Origin: Eledone cirrhosa | Lineage: Eukaryota | DNA: 64,000 nucleotides | NCBI GenBank assembly: GCA_964016885.1 | Contig: OZ024740.1 | Location: 21,824,001-21,888,000, forward strand | Direction of reading: 5' to 3' | Shown: positions 52,580-64,000 of the stretch, one piece after another | How the letters are laid out: every line of letters starts with the position of its first letter | Position numbering within the stretch: position 1 is the stretch's first letter | The notes under the pieces: generated by a model | The model's database searches: none | The model's input: the letters and a program-made list of their open reading frames with translations, nothing else | Told to the model about the DNA's origin: nothing | Made by a program: the position numbers and the translations under genes

Positions 52580-53929
52580 ATGTCTGGAAAGCAACAAATG
52601 AAACCAACAGAATCAGAAAGAATTCTAAAGGAGATATCATCGAAATTATCAACACTTATCACGATGATGGACACACAATCCTCTATTTTAAAGGAAATAG
52701 AAAAACAATCTACAGACGGAAAACTTATAACTGAACATATAAACTCTGAAATTAAGAATTTAGCTGAAATTATACCAACAGTTATCAAAGATACAAGAGA
52801 AAGCCTACCACAACCCCCTTGGATGTCAGAAATAAACGAAAGAAATTTGGAAAACAAAACACATCGAATAAGAAAAGAAATGTGGAAGACATGGAAAAAA
52901 TTCCTTAACATAAGAAAACAAAATTTCTGGAAAGCATACAGATGCGAAAAATATGTCGAAACACATTCGAAATGGCTCTCTCTAACGGCACCCATACTCC
53001 CTCGTAAATACCTAATTACAGAAATTGCAGGAGAACCAGAAGAAGAAACAAAACTCCGATGGGAACTTACATTGACAAAATTCAGGACCGACATCTCCAT
53101 TTCTGAATGTAAACAATCCCGCTACAAAGCCAAATATGAAGCTATTGATGACCAAATTGAAGTTGAAATTTCAAAGCTAACGACTGGTATTATAGCTGAA
53201 AAACTACGAGAACTATGGATCGGAGATATCTCAAAAGAAGAAAACAAATCAAGAAAGGTATGGCAGCAGAAACAATTATTTCTCGATGAATATGCTGCAA
53301 ATTACGGTAAAGACTCTGGAACCCTGAGAAAAAGCATTAAAAGTGGACAATCTCATCAACACAACATACGCCAGAACACGTGCCAACACAAACACTCACC
53401 TTACCTTGAATCAAAGAAGAACTACGGTAATAACTCTTCGCTTTTTCTACAAAAACACCCTATCGAACACAACATGAACAAAAAGCACAAACACGATAGG
53501 TATTCCTTTGACCAGACCATGAGAAGTAGTAAAACCAGGAGATCATTCTCAAGATCTCAACAGAGACTACCAACAAGGAATGTGGAAACAAAACGTAGAA
53601 TAACCAGATCACTCTCAAGATCTCAACAGAGATTGCCCACAAGAAACTGGACGAAAAAACGATCTAAACCTGAAAGCAAACCTAGGTCATTTTCCCAGAT
53701 TGTTAAAAATAATGCTAACAGGAAGAAAAATAATATACAGAATACCAAAAATAGGACAAAATACATAACGAAACCAAATATAATATCACGACCAAAAGTT
53801 CATCAAGCGAACACCAACAGGAATATAAATCCTGAACAGAGAAAAATTCATTTTTTAACGTCAGGACAACAAAAACCGGAAAAAGAAAAACTCCAGGAGG
53901 AAACATACCCAAAACAGCTGTACACGTAG
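52580..53929 (+). CDS. PLE ORF1, 449 aa
   Basis: As the left copy; contains a 22-aa-spaced repeat RS(F/L)SRSQQRLPTRN. Confidence 0.8.
   Translation: MSGKQQMKPTESERILKEISSKLSTLITMMDTQSSILKEIEKQSTDGKLITEHINSEIKNLAEIIPTVIKDTRESLPQPPWMSEINERNLENKTHRIRKEMWKTWKKFLNIRKQNFWKAYRCEKYVETHSKWLSLTAPILPRKYLITEIAGEPEEETKLRWELTLTKFRTDISISECKQSRYKAKYEAIDDQIEVEISKLTTGIIAEKLRELWIGDISKEENKSRKVWQQKQLFLDEYAANYGKDSGTLRKSIKSGQSHQHNIRQNTCQHKHSPYLESKKNYGNNSSLFLQKHPIEHNMNKKHKHDRYSFDQTMRSSKTRRSFSRSQQRLPTRNVETKRRITRSLSRSQQRLPTRNWTKKRSKPESKPRSFSQIVKNNANRKKNNIQNTKNRTKYITKPNIISRPKVHQANTNRNINPEQRKIHFLTSGQQKPEKEKLQEETYPKQLYT
53851..53857 (+). promoter_or_regulatory. Candidate -1 ribosomal frameshift heptamer U_UUU_UUA (mirror 50895-50901)
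   Basis: In ORF1 phase (CAT TTT TTA); the -1 frame is open from just after TGA 53833-53835 into the RT ORF. Confidence 0.7.
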
Positions 53930-53976
53930 ATCCTAAAATAATTAATTTATCTAAAAGAGATCTTGACAATGATGAA

Positions 53977-56163
53977 ATGCAAATTCTGTCAAAAGGACTG
54001 AAATTCACACCGACTCCAACAGTCAACCACCAAGAACTGAAGGAGGATACCCAAGAATTCTGTCGAAAATTACGTCTTGTAGAATTCTTCGCTGATAAAA
54101 ATAATGAGAGTGATGAATCACTAGTAAAGAATAAATCAAATTTCACTCCGCCAAAAGGAAGAAATATCTATCTCGACCAATACATTGACATCCTGTCTAA
54201 ATTTCCTCTTAGACATAATACTAATGTTAGGCCAAACATTAACAAATCAGAAATGTCTGCACTTAAACGTATACAAAATGATAAAACAATAATAATTAAA
54301 CAAGCAGATAAAGGGGGTGCAGTTGTTATAATGGATACTGAATACTACAAGGATTTGGTTGAGGAACAACTGAAAGACACAACATTCTATCATGAAATAC
54401 CGTCAAATATAGACCACAACATCATGAAGAAGATCAACAACCTGGCTTCAAAATACCACAACTCATTTACTGATAAGGAAAGAGACTACATCACCAATTT
54501 TGAGCCGAAACCCAGCAACCTGTATGGCCTACCGAAAGTTCACAAGTCAAAAGAAATACAACTGGCAGTAAGAGAACAAAACAGTGAGTACATTAAATTA
54601 TTACACCCAAAAGACTTAAAACTTAGACCTATTATAGCTGGTCCAACATGCCCCACTCACCGTCTAAGCAATTTTGTTGACATTATTTTGAAACCACTAT
54701 GTATTCACATACCCAGTTTCATCCGGGATGATATCGACTTCCTGTCCCATCTTCCCAAAACCACGGAAACGAATTCACTTCTACTCAGTTTTGATGTGGT
54801 AAGCCTTTACACCAACATTACACATGATTTAGGAATAAAGGCGGTTAAATACTGGGTGGAAAAACATAGAGAAGTGATTCCCATTAGATTCACAGCGCCA
54901 TTTATATTAGACGCAGTTAAACTTATTCTGGAAAACAACACTTTCTTCTTCAATGGAAAGAATTACATCCAAATTAGAGGCACAGCGATGGGAACGAAGT
55001 TTGCTCCCGTTTACGCGAACTCTGTAATGGGATACTTAGAACAACAACTCTACCAAGAAATAGAGGAAAAATATAGTACTGACTTTAGAAAGTACATTGA
55101 AAAATCTTGGAAGAGATACCTTGACGACTGTTTCATCATCTGGACAGAATCTCTAGATACTCTGGATGAGTTCAATATCCTCCTGAATAACCTACACCCA
55201 TCTCTCCAATTCACAAAAGAGATGAGTAGGACCAAATTACCATTCCTAGATATAATGATAATCAAAAACGACACCACCATTACCACGGATATATATTATA
55301 AACACACAGACACCCATCAATATCTGAATTTTAAGTCGTGCCATCCACCTCATACAAAATGCAACATCCCATACTGCCTAGCCAGAAGAATTTGTACCAT
55401 TGTAGAAGATACGAATACCAGGTACAAACGCCTAACAGAACTAAGAGAATTTTTGCTCAAACAAAAATACCCATCTCTACTTATAGAAAATGGCATACAG
55501 CGGGCTATAAAAATACCTATACAACAACTTAGAACAACCCAAAGAAGAAGAAACCAAGAACTGGTCATACCATTTATAATGACACACAACCCATGTCACC
55601 AGAATATCTTCAACACTGCCAAAGCAAACCTACCGATCATTGCTCAAAGTAATGAATTAAAAGGCTTAATCACAGATCGATCTTTGACTCTTAGTAAAAG
55701 ACAGCCAAAAAATTTGAAGCAATTGCTAACAAAAGCAAAGTTTGACCTTAACAACAAAGACCAATCATTCACTGTATCTAAATGCAATGATAATCGATGC
55801 GGCACATGTCAATCCATACACGCCGGTCAATATATGAAAACAAAAACTGGAAAAATATTCACAAATGCAAATATGAACTGCAAAAGCAGAAATCTAATTT
55901 ACTGCATTAAATGCCCGAATTGTGAAGAACTATATGTCGGTCAAACTGGAAATGCACTATCGGAACGTGCACGGGTACACCGTCAACAAATCAGAGACCC
56001 AAATGTCCGTCAGATACCCCTAAGCGGCCACCTGGCAACATGTGGTCAGGGAATATTTATAATATTCCCATTCTACAAATTACACAGCCCAAATGAAATC
56101 AAGAGAAAAATCAAAGAAAAGAATTTTATTGATAAATTCAAACCCAAGCTAAATGAACAATAA
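53977..56163 (+). CDS. PLE reverse transcriptase-GIY-YIG endonuclease (frame open upstream to 53836)
   Basis: Same motifs as the left copy; one amino-acid difference seen (KCNIP vs KRNIP). Confidence 0.95.
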   Translation: MQILSKGLKFTPTPTVNHQELKEDTQEFCRKLRLVEFFADKNNESDESLVKNKSNFTPPKGRNIYLDQYIDILSKFPLRHNTNVRPNINKSEMSALKRIQNDKTIIIKQADKGGAVVIMDTEYYKDLVEEQLKDTTFYHEIPSNIDHNIMKKINNLASKYHNSFTDKERDYITNFEPKPSNLYGLPKVHKSKEIQLAVREQNSEYIKLLHPKDLKLRPIIAGPTCPTHRLSNFVDIILKPLCIHIPSFIRDDIDFLSHLPKTTETNSLLLSFDVVSLYTNITHDLGIKAVKYWVEKHREVIPIRFTAPFILDAVKLILENNTFFFNGKNYIQIRGTAMGTKFAPVYANSVMGYLEQQLYQEIEEKYSTDFRKYIEKSWKRYLDDCFIIWTESLDTLDEFNILLNNLHPSLQFTKEMSRTKLPFLDIMIIKNDTTITTDIYYKHTDTHQYLNFKSCHPPHTKCNIPYCLARRICTIVEDTNTRYKRLTELREFLLKQKYPSLLIENGIQRAIKIPIQQLRTTQRRRNQELVIPFIMTHNPCHQNIFNTAKANLPIIAQSNELKGLITDRSLTLSKRQPKNLKQLLTKAKFDLNNKDQSFTVSKCNDNRCGTCQSIHAGQYMKTKTGKIFTNANMNCKSRNLIYCIKCPNCEELYVGQTGNALSERARVHRQQIRDPNVRQIPLSGHLATCGQGIFIIFPFYKLHSPNEIKRKIKEKNFIDKFKPKLNEQ

Positions 56164-56330
56164 TAACGCCTAGGGGTATTACTTCTACTACCACTATGAC
56201 CACGACCACTAACAACAACAACAACAACAATAATAATAATAATAAAAGTGATGTTGATGGTGATGATTAATAGAAAATGCTATTTTCATCATTTCAAAAA
56301 AGCAAAACAATTGATACGTTGGATATGACT

Positions 56331-56475
56331 ATTGGTCGTTAGCATGCTCAACCAGCCGTGACGCTTAAACCAATCAGCTGTAGTAGTTCAGTGAAACTAC
56401 ACACTGATTGGTCGAAATACAGTTTACAGGGCTTTGCATTCTGGAGCCACTTTTCTCTGTATAAAATGTATAAAA
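56331..56475 (+). promoter_or_regulatory. Putative Pol II promoter in the PLE 3' region (mirror 48277-48421)
   Basis: ATTGG 56331, TGACG 56359, CCAAT 56370, ATTGG 56407, TATAAAA 56460 and 56469. Confidence 0.5.
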
Positions 56476-56538
56476 GGTAGGAAATTTACCCATCTCATTA
56501 CAGTTGAAAATTGCAAACTCGACTGTCACCACATATCA

Positions 56539-56577
56539 TGAACCTGAAGATTGCGAAAGCATGAAAGTACTTGTTCA
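56539..56577 (+). ncRNA. Minimal type I hammerhead ribozyme of the right PLE
   Basis: UGAAC CUGAAGA U-UGC-GAAA-GCA-U GAAA GUAC UU GUUCA: stem I UGAAC/GUUCA, GAAA-capped stem II, palindromic AGUACU stem III; predicted cut after 56572. Confidence 0.82.
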
Positions 56578-56699
56578 ATTAACACTTAGAATTTAATATT
56601 CTATCATACTATTTCATTATAATACCATTATATATATTTTAAAGGATTGTAAATAAAACGAGTAAATCAGACAAAGTTGGAATTCCTCTTATTAATATA

Positions 56700-57636
<937 letters not shown>

Positions 57637-60600
57637 ATGAAAGGAAGAGCAGGAGAAATCGTAGAAATGCTAGAGCGAAAGGAAGTTGATGTATGCTGTG
57701 TGCAAGAGACTAGATGGAGAGGAGGGTCTGCTAGAGTCCTTGTAGGAAAAAGCCAGTGCTACAAATTTTTCTGGGTGGGAAATGACGATGGGATGGGTGG
57801 TGTAGGTATACTATTAGCTGACAAGTGGGTAGATAAAGTAATCTCAGTGTACAGGGTAAATGCAAGAATCATTAAACTCAGACTAGTCCTGAATAAGACA
57901 ATTACCACAATAATATCAGCTTACGCACCCCAATCGGGGCTGCCAGACGAACTTAAGGATAGGTTTTACGAGTCCCTAATACACACTACTGCTCTAACAG
58001 ACGACAAGGACTTCCTAATCATTGCAGGAGATTTTAACGGACACGTAGGTAAACACTGCGACGGCTTCAATAGAGTACATGGAGGCCATGGAGTTGGCAC
58101 AAGGAATGAGGAAGGATTCAGACTTCTAGAATTCTGCGACGCCAATGACATGTCGATATGTAACACAAACTTTAAAAAACCCGACAACCACCTGATCACC
58201 TATAGATCAGGGGAGCACTCTAGTCAGTTAGATTTTATCCTCATCAGAGGACGTGACAGATGGACGGTCGTAAACACAAAAGCCTTCCCTAGTGAGGAAT
58301 GTACATCCCAACATAGCTTAGTTGTCAGCGACCTCACGGTCAGAACTAGACGAGCCCTGAAACAGAGGCCAACCTGGAGAAGAAAGATCTGGAAGCTGAA
58401 AGTCCCCTCAACCAGTAACAGATTTAAAGATATTTTACTCAACGCCTACGACAGTAAAGAAGAACAGATAGAGACATTTAACGTAGAAGAGAACTGGGAG
58501 TTCCTAAAAAATAACTTACTAGAGGCGACGGATGAGGTTTGTGGCTGGAGTAAGACCTCAAGCAGGAGGAGAGTGACTTGGTGGTGGAACAATAAGGTAG
58601 ATGAAGCAGTCAAGGCCAAGAGACAGGCATGGAAAGAATGGAAGAACGGGGGGAGCAGGGTACATTACATAGAGACCAAGAGGGAAGCTAGGCGACAAGT
58701 ATACTTAGCTAGGAGGGAAGCAGAGGATAGAAAATTCAAGCATGTTTTACAACGTGAGGACCAGAAACAGGAGGTATTCAAGATTGCGAGGCAGTGTGTC
58801 AGAGATAGTTGTGATGTCATTGGAGAGAAGTGTATCCGGAATGATAAAGGTGAGCTTGCCCTCACAAGTGCTGAGAAGAAAGATGCATGGAAGAGTCATT
58901 ATGATAGATTACTAAATGAGGAGAATGCATGGGAAGAAGAGACCCTACCCCACGTAGACCCTATAGAGGGACCAGCAGTACAAGTCAGCGGCAGCGTAGT
59001 AAGTAAGGCAATCAGAGATATGAAGATAGGGAAGGCAACCGGTCCATCGGGTATAGCTGCCGAGATGCTGAAGGCATCTGGGTCTGTAGGTCACACTATA
59101 ACCACACGTATCGTTAACCAGGTAATACTAGAGGGGGCCATACCAAAAGATTGGTGCAGTAGCATCATTGTCAACTGCTACAAAGGTAAAGGCGATGCAC
59201 TAGATAGAGGAAACTATAGAGGTATAAAGTTGATGGACCAGGTCATGAAAGTAACAGAAAGAGTTATAGCACAGCTGATTAGGGACCGGGTGAATATAGA
59301 CGAGATGCAATTTGGGTTTGTACCAGGGAAAGGCACCACTGATGCCCTCTTCCTTGTGAGGCAATTACAGGAAAAGTACCTAGCTAAAAGTAAGCCACTC
59401 TACTTGGCATTTGTCGACCTTGAGAAAGCCTTTGACAGAGTTCCACGTGCAGTAATCTGGTGGGCTCTTAGAAAACTAGGAGTAGATGAATGGCTTGTGA
59501 AAGCGGTACAAGCCATGTATAGGGGAGCAGTCAGCAAAGTTAGGATTGGCAATGAGTATAGCGAGGAATTTAGCGTACAGGTTGGGGTCCACCAGGGCTC
59601 TGTTCTTAGCCCTCTCCTGTTCATCATAGTCCTGCAGGCAATAACGGAGGAGTTTAAGACCGGATGCCCATGGGAACTCCTGTATGCTGATGACCTCGCA
59701 CTCATAGCTGAATCTATGGTAGAACTAGAGAATAAATTCCAAACCTGGAAGCAGGGACTAGAGAGAAAGGGCCTCAAAGTCAACATGACAAAGACTAAGG
59801 TCCTTGTAAGTAGACGAGAAAACAGAACCCAGATCCCCTCAGGGAAATGGCCTTGCTCAGTATGTAGGAAAGGTGTAGGTAGGAACTCCATTCTCTGCCC
59901 CAAATGCAAACAATGGGTACACAAGAGATGTAGCGGGATCTCAGGAAGCTTAATTAAGAATGTAGGATTCACATGCAGCAGCTGTGCTGAAACAGCAAGC
60001 AAACAGCCACAGGAAACAAGTACCACCAATCTCTGGGAGGGCCCTGTAGAAACAGTAGACAGCTTCTGCTACCTAGGTGACCGAATTAGCAACGGAGGTG
60101 GGTGCTCAGAAAGTACAATAACTAGGGTAAGAACGGGATGGAAGAAGTTTAGGGAACTACTACCACTGCTAGCTGCAAAAGGCTTCTCCCTCAGAATGAA
60201 AGGCAGACTGTATGATGCGTGTATCCGAACAGCGATGTTGCATGGTAGTGAGACCTGGGCGCTGAAGGTGGAAGACTTACGTAGATTAGAGAGAAACGAA
60301 GCCTGCATGCTCCGATGGATGTGTAACAGTAATATACGTGAACGACAAAGCATAAAGGAATTGAGAGAGAGACTGAGCATAAGAGGAATCAAATGCTGCG
60401 TGCAGGAGAGGCGGTTACGCTGGTATGGACATGTGATGCGTATGAAGGATGACAGCTGCATAAAAAGGTGCAGAGCACTAGAAGTTGATGGAAACCGCGG
60501 AGTGGGGAGACCCAAGATGACTTGGGATGAGGTGATAAAAGCCGACCTTACCCAACTACACCTCTCAAAGTCAATGACACACGACCGTGACTTCTGGCGT

Positions 60601-60645
60601 CACGCAGTAATACAGGGTACCCGACCTCCCATGGGTACATGCTGA
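57637..60645 (+). CDS. RTE ORF: AP endonuclease, RT, PHD-like Cys/His insert
   Basis: VQETRW, AYAPQ, GDFNGH, SQH; [32 protein letters not shown]; CSVC..CPKC..WVHKRC..CSSC; [14 protein letters not shown]. The track's upstream extension is microsatellite. Confidence 0.93.
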   Translation: MKGRAGEIVEMLERKEVDVCCVQETRWRGGSARVLVGKSQCYKFFWVGNDDGMGGVGILLADKWVDKVISVYRVNARIIKLRLVLNKTITTIISAYAPQSGLPDELKDRFYESLIHTTALTDDKDFLIIAGDFNGHVGKHCDGFNRVHGGHGVGTRNEEGFRLLEFCDANDMSICNTNFKKPDNHLITYRSGEHSSQLDFILIRGRDRWTVVNTKAFPSEECTSQHSLVVSDLTVRTRRALKQRPTWRRKIWKLKVPSTSNRFKDILLNAYDSKEEQIETFNVEENWEFLKNNLLEATDEVCGWSKTSSRRRVTWWWNNKVDEAVKAKRQAWKEWKNGGSRVHYIETKREARRQVYLARREAEDRKFKHVLQREDQKQEVFKIARQCVRDSCDVIGEKCIRNDKGELALTSAEKKDAWKSHYDRLLNEENAWEEETLPHVDPIEGPAVQVSGSVVSKAIRDMKIGKATGPSGIAAEMLKASGSVGHTITTRIVNQVILEGAIPKDWCSSIIVNCYKGKGDALDRGNYRGIKLMDQVMKVTERVIAQLIRDRVNIDEMQFGFVPGKGTTDALFLVRQLQEKYLAKSKPLYLAFVDLEKAFDRVPRAVIWWALRKLGVDEWLVKAVQAMYRGAVSKVRIGNEYSEEFSVQVGVHQGSVLSPLLFIIVLQAITEEFKTGCPWELLYADDLALIAESMVELENKFQTWKQGLERKGLKVNMTKTKVLVSRRENRTQIPSGKWPCSVCRKGVGRNSILCPKCKQWVHKRCSGISGSLIKNVGFTCSSCAETASKQPQETSTTNLWEGPVETVDSFCYLGDRISNGGGCSESTITRVRTGWKKFRELLPLLAAKGFSLRMKGRLYDACIRTAMLHGSETWALKVEDLRRLERNEACMLRWMCNSNIRERQSIKELRERLSIRGIKCCVQERRLRWYGHVMRMKDDSCIKRCRALEVDGNRGVGRPKMTWDEVIKADLTQLHLSKSMTHDRDFWRHAVIQGTRPPMGTC

Positions 60646-60950
60646 AGCATATAAACAATATGCCCCCCCACCCCCCACCGCAAGGTGGCCGTGGAGGTGC
60701 CACGGCAAAAAAGCACCCAGCCCACACTGTAAAGTGGACGTGTAGGCGCCACGAAAAAGCACCCAGCACTCACTGTAAATGAGGTTGGTGTTAGGAAGGG
60801 CATCCAGCTGTAGAAATCAAGCCAGATCAGTTCCTGTATGAACAAGGCATGGTCAGCCGACCAGACACTGCCCACAACAGGACAACCCGTCTAACCCATG
60901 CTAGCGTGGAAGAACGGACGTAAAACGGTGATGATGATGATGATGATGAT
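57637..60950 (+). mobile_element. RTE-clade LINE, 5'-truncated but with an uninterrupted ORF
   Basis: APE + RT ORF, ~300-bp 3' UTR, (GAT)n tail. Confidence 0.95.
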
Positions 60951-61266
60951 ATACATACATATATATATATATATACATACATACATACATATATATATAT
61001 ATATACATACATACATATATATATATATACATACATACATATATATATATATATACATACATATATATATATATATATACATACATATATATATATATAT
61101 ATACATACATATATATATATATATACATACATATATATATACATACATACATATATATATACATACATACATATATATATACATACATACATATATATAT
61201 ACATACATACATATATATATACATACATATATACATATATATATACATACATATATACATATATAT

Positions 61267-61305
<39 letters not shown>

Positions 61306-61306
61306 C

Positions 61307-61359
<53 letters not shown>

Positions 61360-61378
61360 CATATATATATATATATAT

Positions 61379-61471
<93 letters not shown>

Positions 61472-61503
61472 CATACATATATATATACATATATACATAT
61501 ATA
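60951..61503. repeat. (TA)n/TACA microsatellite
   Basis: Direct reading. Confidence 0.95.
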
Positions 61504-61550
61504 TATAGAAGGAGCTTCTACAGGACTAGTACTGTTTCATTCAGATGAAA

Positions 61551-61599
61551 GCTTCCTGAAGATTTCATCTGAATGAAACAGTACTAGTCCTGTAGAAGC
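61551..61599 (+). ncRNA. Type I hammerhead ribozyme
   Basis: GCUUC CUGAAGA U-UUC-AUCU-GAA-U GAAA CAG-UACUAGUC-CUG UA GAAGC: all three stems pair, GUA triplet. Confidence 0.82.
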
Positions 61600-61686
61600 T
61601 CCTTCTATAAAATAAAAAAAATTTACTCTGCCATGTATTGAGTACCTTACTTACTGTGGTTATCCCCGACTCAACCCGGGACCTAC

Positions 61687-61747
<61 letters not shown>

Positions 61748-61753
61748 CATACA

Positions 61754-61815
<62 letters not shown>

Positions 61816-61950
61816 TATATATATATATATTAAGACAGGGGGGGAGAAAAAAATGGCTTCACTTGTGCTTTCAACAAATTTATTTTCTTCACAAAATCCA
61901 AAAAGAATTTTTTTCCGGATTAGAAAAAAAATTTTTTTTTTAATTTTTTA

Positions 61951-62610
61951 TGGGGATGCAGAACAATAATATGAGAGACGTAAAATAAGAAAATTATAAA
62001 ATTAACTTACTTACTAAAATTTCACTCCAACTAATTAGTTTCTGAAAGGGAATAAACATAGTTTCCGAAGAAACGTACGGAGAAGCCTTTCGTCATCAGG
62101 GAAGTCTATTCTCAGCTAAGTTTCCAGGCAATACGTGGACACAGGGAACTTATACAAAAATAATTCAGTGGATGGAAAAAAGCAAAGCGTGGACTAAATT
62201 CCAAGCCATTGAAAAAAAATCACTGCCTACTGCGTCGGTGGCAAATTCAAAAGAATCAGTCACGTTATATCAAGGTCAATCAGTGAAGAGTGGTTTGTTA
62301 AGAAGACAGCAGCCGGATGTTACTATAGTAGCAGTTTTGGCCAATTTTTGCTCGACAAAATAATTTGGTGATAATTATAAAGAATTAATATATCTAGAAA
62401 CATATATAATTTTATAATTTTCTTATTTTACGTCTCTCATATTATTGTTCTGCATCCCCATGCATCGAACCACAAAGTTACTAAGACAAAACCTATATAT
62501 TTGCTAGCATAAGTATGCATCTGTGTATATATATGTTAATAGATATATTAATTCATTTAATTATCTCCAAATTATTTTGTCGAACAAAAATTGGCCAAAA
62601 CAGCTACTAT
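61951..62610. mobile_element. Head-to-head pair of a non-coding HHR-bearing repeat (retrozyme-like)
   Basis: Interleaved inverted repeats A 61951-62004 / 62408-62461 and B 62322-62395 / 62541-62610. Confidence 0.65.
62024..62105 (-). ncRNA. Type I hammerhead ribozyme with extended stem II
   Basis: ACUUCC CUGAUGA C GAAAGG [..GUUUC-UUCG-GAAAC..] CCUUUC A GAAA CUAAUUAG UU GGAGU. Confidence 0.72.
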
Positions 62611-62654
62611 ATATACATACATATATATATATATATACATACTATGTATGTATA

Positions 62655-63149
62655 TCATCATCATCATCATCATCACCGTTTTACGTCCGTTCTTCCACGC
62701 TAGCATGGGTTAGACGGGTTGTCCCGTTGTGGGCAGTGTCTGGTCGGCTGACCATGCCTTGCTCATACAGGAACTGATCTGGCTTGATTTCTACAGCTGG
62801 ATGCCCTTCCTAACACCAACCTCATTTACAGTGAGTGCTGGGTGCTTTTTCGTGGCGCCTACACGTCCACTTTACAGTGTGGGCTGGGTGCTTTTTTGCC
62901 GTGGCACCTCCACGACCACCTTGCGGTGGGGGGGGGGCATATTGTTTATATGCTTCAGCATGTACCCATGGGAGGTCGGGTACCCTGTATTACTGCGTGA
63001 CGCCAGAAGTCACGGTCGTGTGTCATTGACTTTGAGAGGTGTAGTTGGGTATGGTCGGCTTTTATCACCTCATCCCAAGTCATCTTGGGTCTCCCCACTC
63101 CGCGGTTTCCATCAACTTCTAGTGCTCTGCACCTTTTTATGCAGCTGTC
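62655..63149 (-). mobile_element. Young RTE 3' fragment, inverted near-identical copy of 60451-60950
   Basis: [14 protein letters not shown]...PPMGTC plus 3' UTR; only a few substitutions seen. Confidence 0.93.
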
Positions 63150-63513
63150 TGTATATATATATATATATATGTATGTATATATATATATATATGTATGTAT
63201 ATATATATATGTATGTATATATATATATATATGTATGTATATATATATATATATGTATGTATATATATATATATATGTATGTATATATATATATATATGT
63301 ATGTATATATATATATATATGTATGTATATATATATATATATATGTATGTATATATATATATATATATGTATGTATATATATATATATATATATGTATGT
63401 ATATATATATATGTATGTATATATATATATATATATGTATGTATATATATATATATATATGTATGTATATATATATATATATGTATGTATATATATATAT
63501 ATATATATGTATG

Positions 63514-63544
<31 letters not shown>

Positions 63545-63676
63545 ATATATATATATGTATGTATATATATATATGTATGTATATATATATATATATGTAT
63601 GTATATATATATGTATGTATATATATATGTATGTATATATATACATATATATATATATATATACATATATATATAC

Positions 63677-63707
<31 letters not shown>

Positions 63708-63738
63708 CATATATATACATATATATACATATATATAC

Positions 63739-63771
<33 letters not shown>

Positions 63772-63829
63772 CATATATATACATATATATATATATACAT
63801 ATATATACATATATATATATATATATAAC

Positions 63830-63872
<43 letters not shown>

Positions 63873-63903
63873 TATACATATATATATATATACATATATA
63901 TAC

Positions 63904-63936
<33 letters not shown>

Positions 63937-63965
63937 CATATATATACATATATATATATATATAC

Positions 63966-63996
<31 letters not shown>

Positions 63997-64000
63997 CATA
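63150..64000. repeat. (TA)n/TATG microsatellite
   Basis: Direct reading. Confidence 0.95.

Larger units (their letters stand above)
52371..56699 (+). mobile_element. Penelope-like element, right copy, intact
   Basis: ORF1, RT-GIY-YIG and HHR; 56573-56699 directly repeats 52371-52497; ends in (TA)n. Confidence 0.95.

Noticed and set aside
48589-56163. Telomerase, or a DNA transposon with giant TIRs
   Set aside because: The RT has a C-terminal GIY-YIG and PLE motifs; the arms are whole retroelement copies with no transposase or spacer.

Overview
Repeat-dense, AT-rich animal genomic DNA. The mix of TA/TACA microsatellites, RTE LINEs with (ATG)n tails, tRNA-type SINEs and Penelope elements suggests a cephalopod or other mollusc, but this is inference. 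The only supported host gene is a minus-strand Disabled (Dab)-like PTB adaptor (exons 42894-43111 and 42132-42266). The rest is satellites and minisatellites, a defective Tx1/L1 LINE inside a MITE-derived 72-bp minisatellite, a defective Gypsy LTR element, CR1 and RTE LINEs, and several hammerhead-ribozyme (HHR) elements. The most striking structure is an ~8.7-kb head-to-head palindrome of two intact two-ORF Penelope-like elements (PLEs). Its centre lies exactly at the element's own predicted HHR cleavage site, and its ORF1 and RT-GIY-YIG ORF are joined by a U_UUU_UUA -1 frameshift candidate. Smaller head-to-head elements recur, including a circularly permuted ~525-nt retrozyme-like unit with an unusual HHR. 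Most ORFs in the supplied track are repeat artefacts. All motifs and folds were read by eye; no searches were run.
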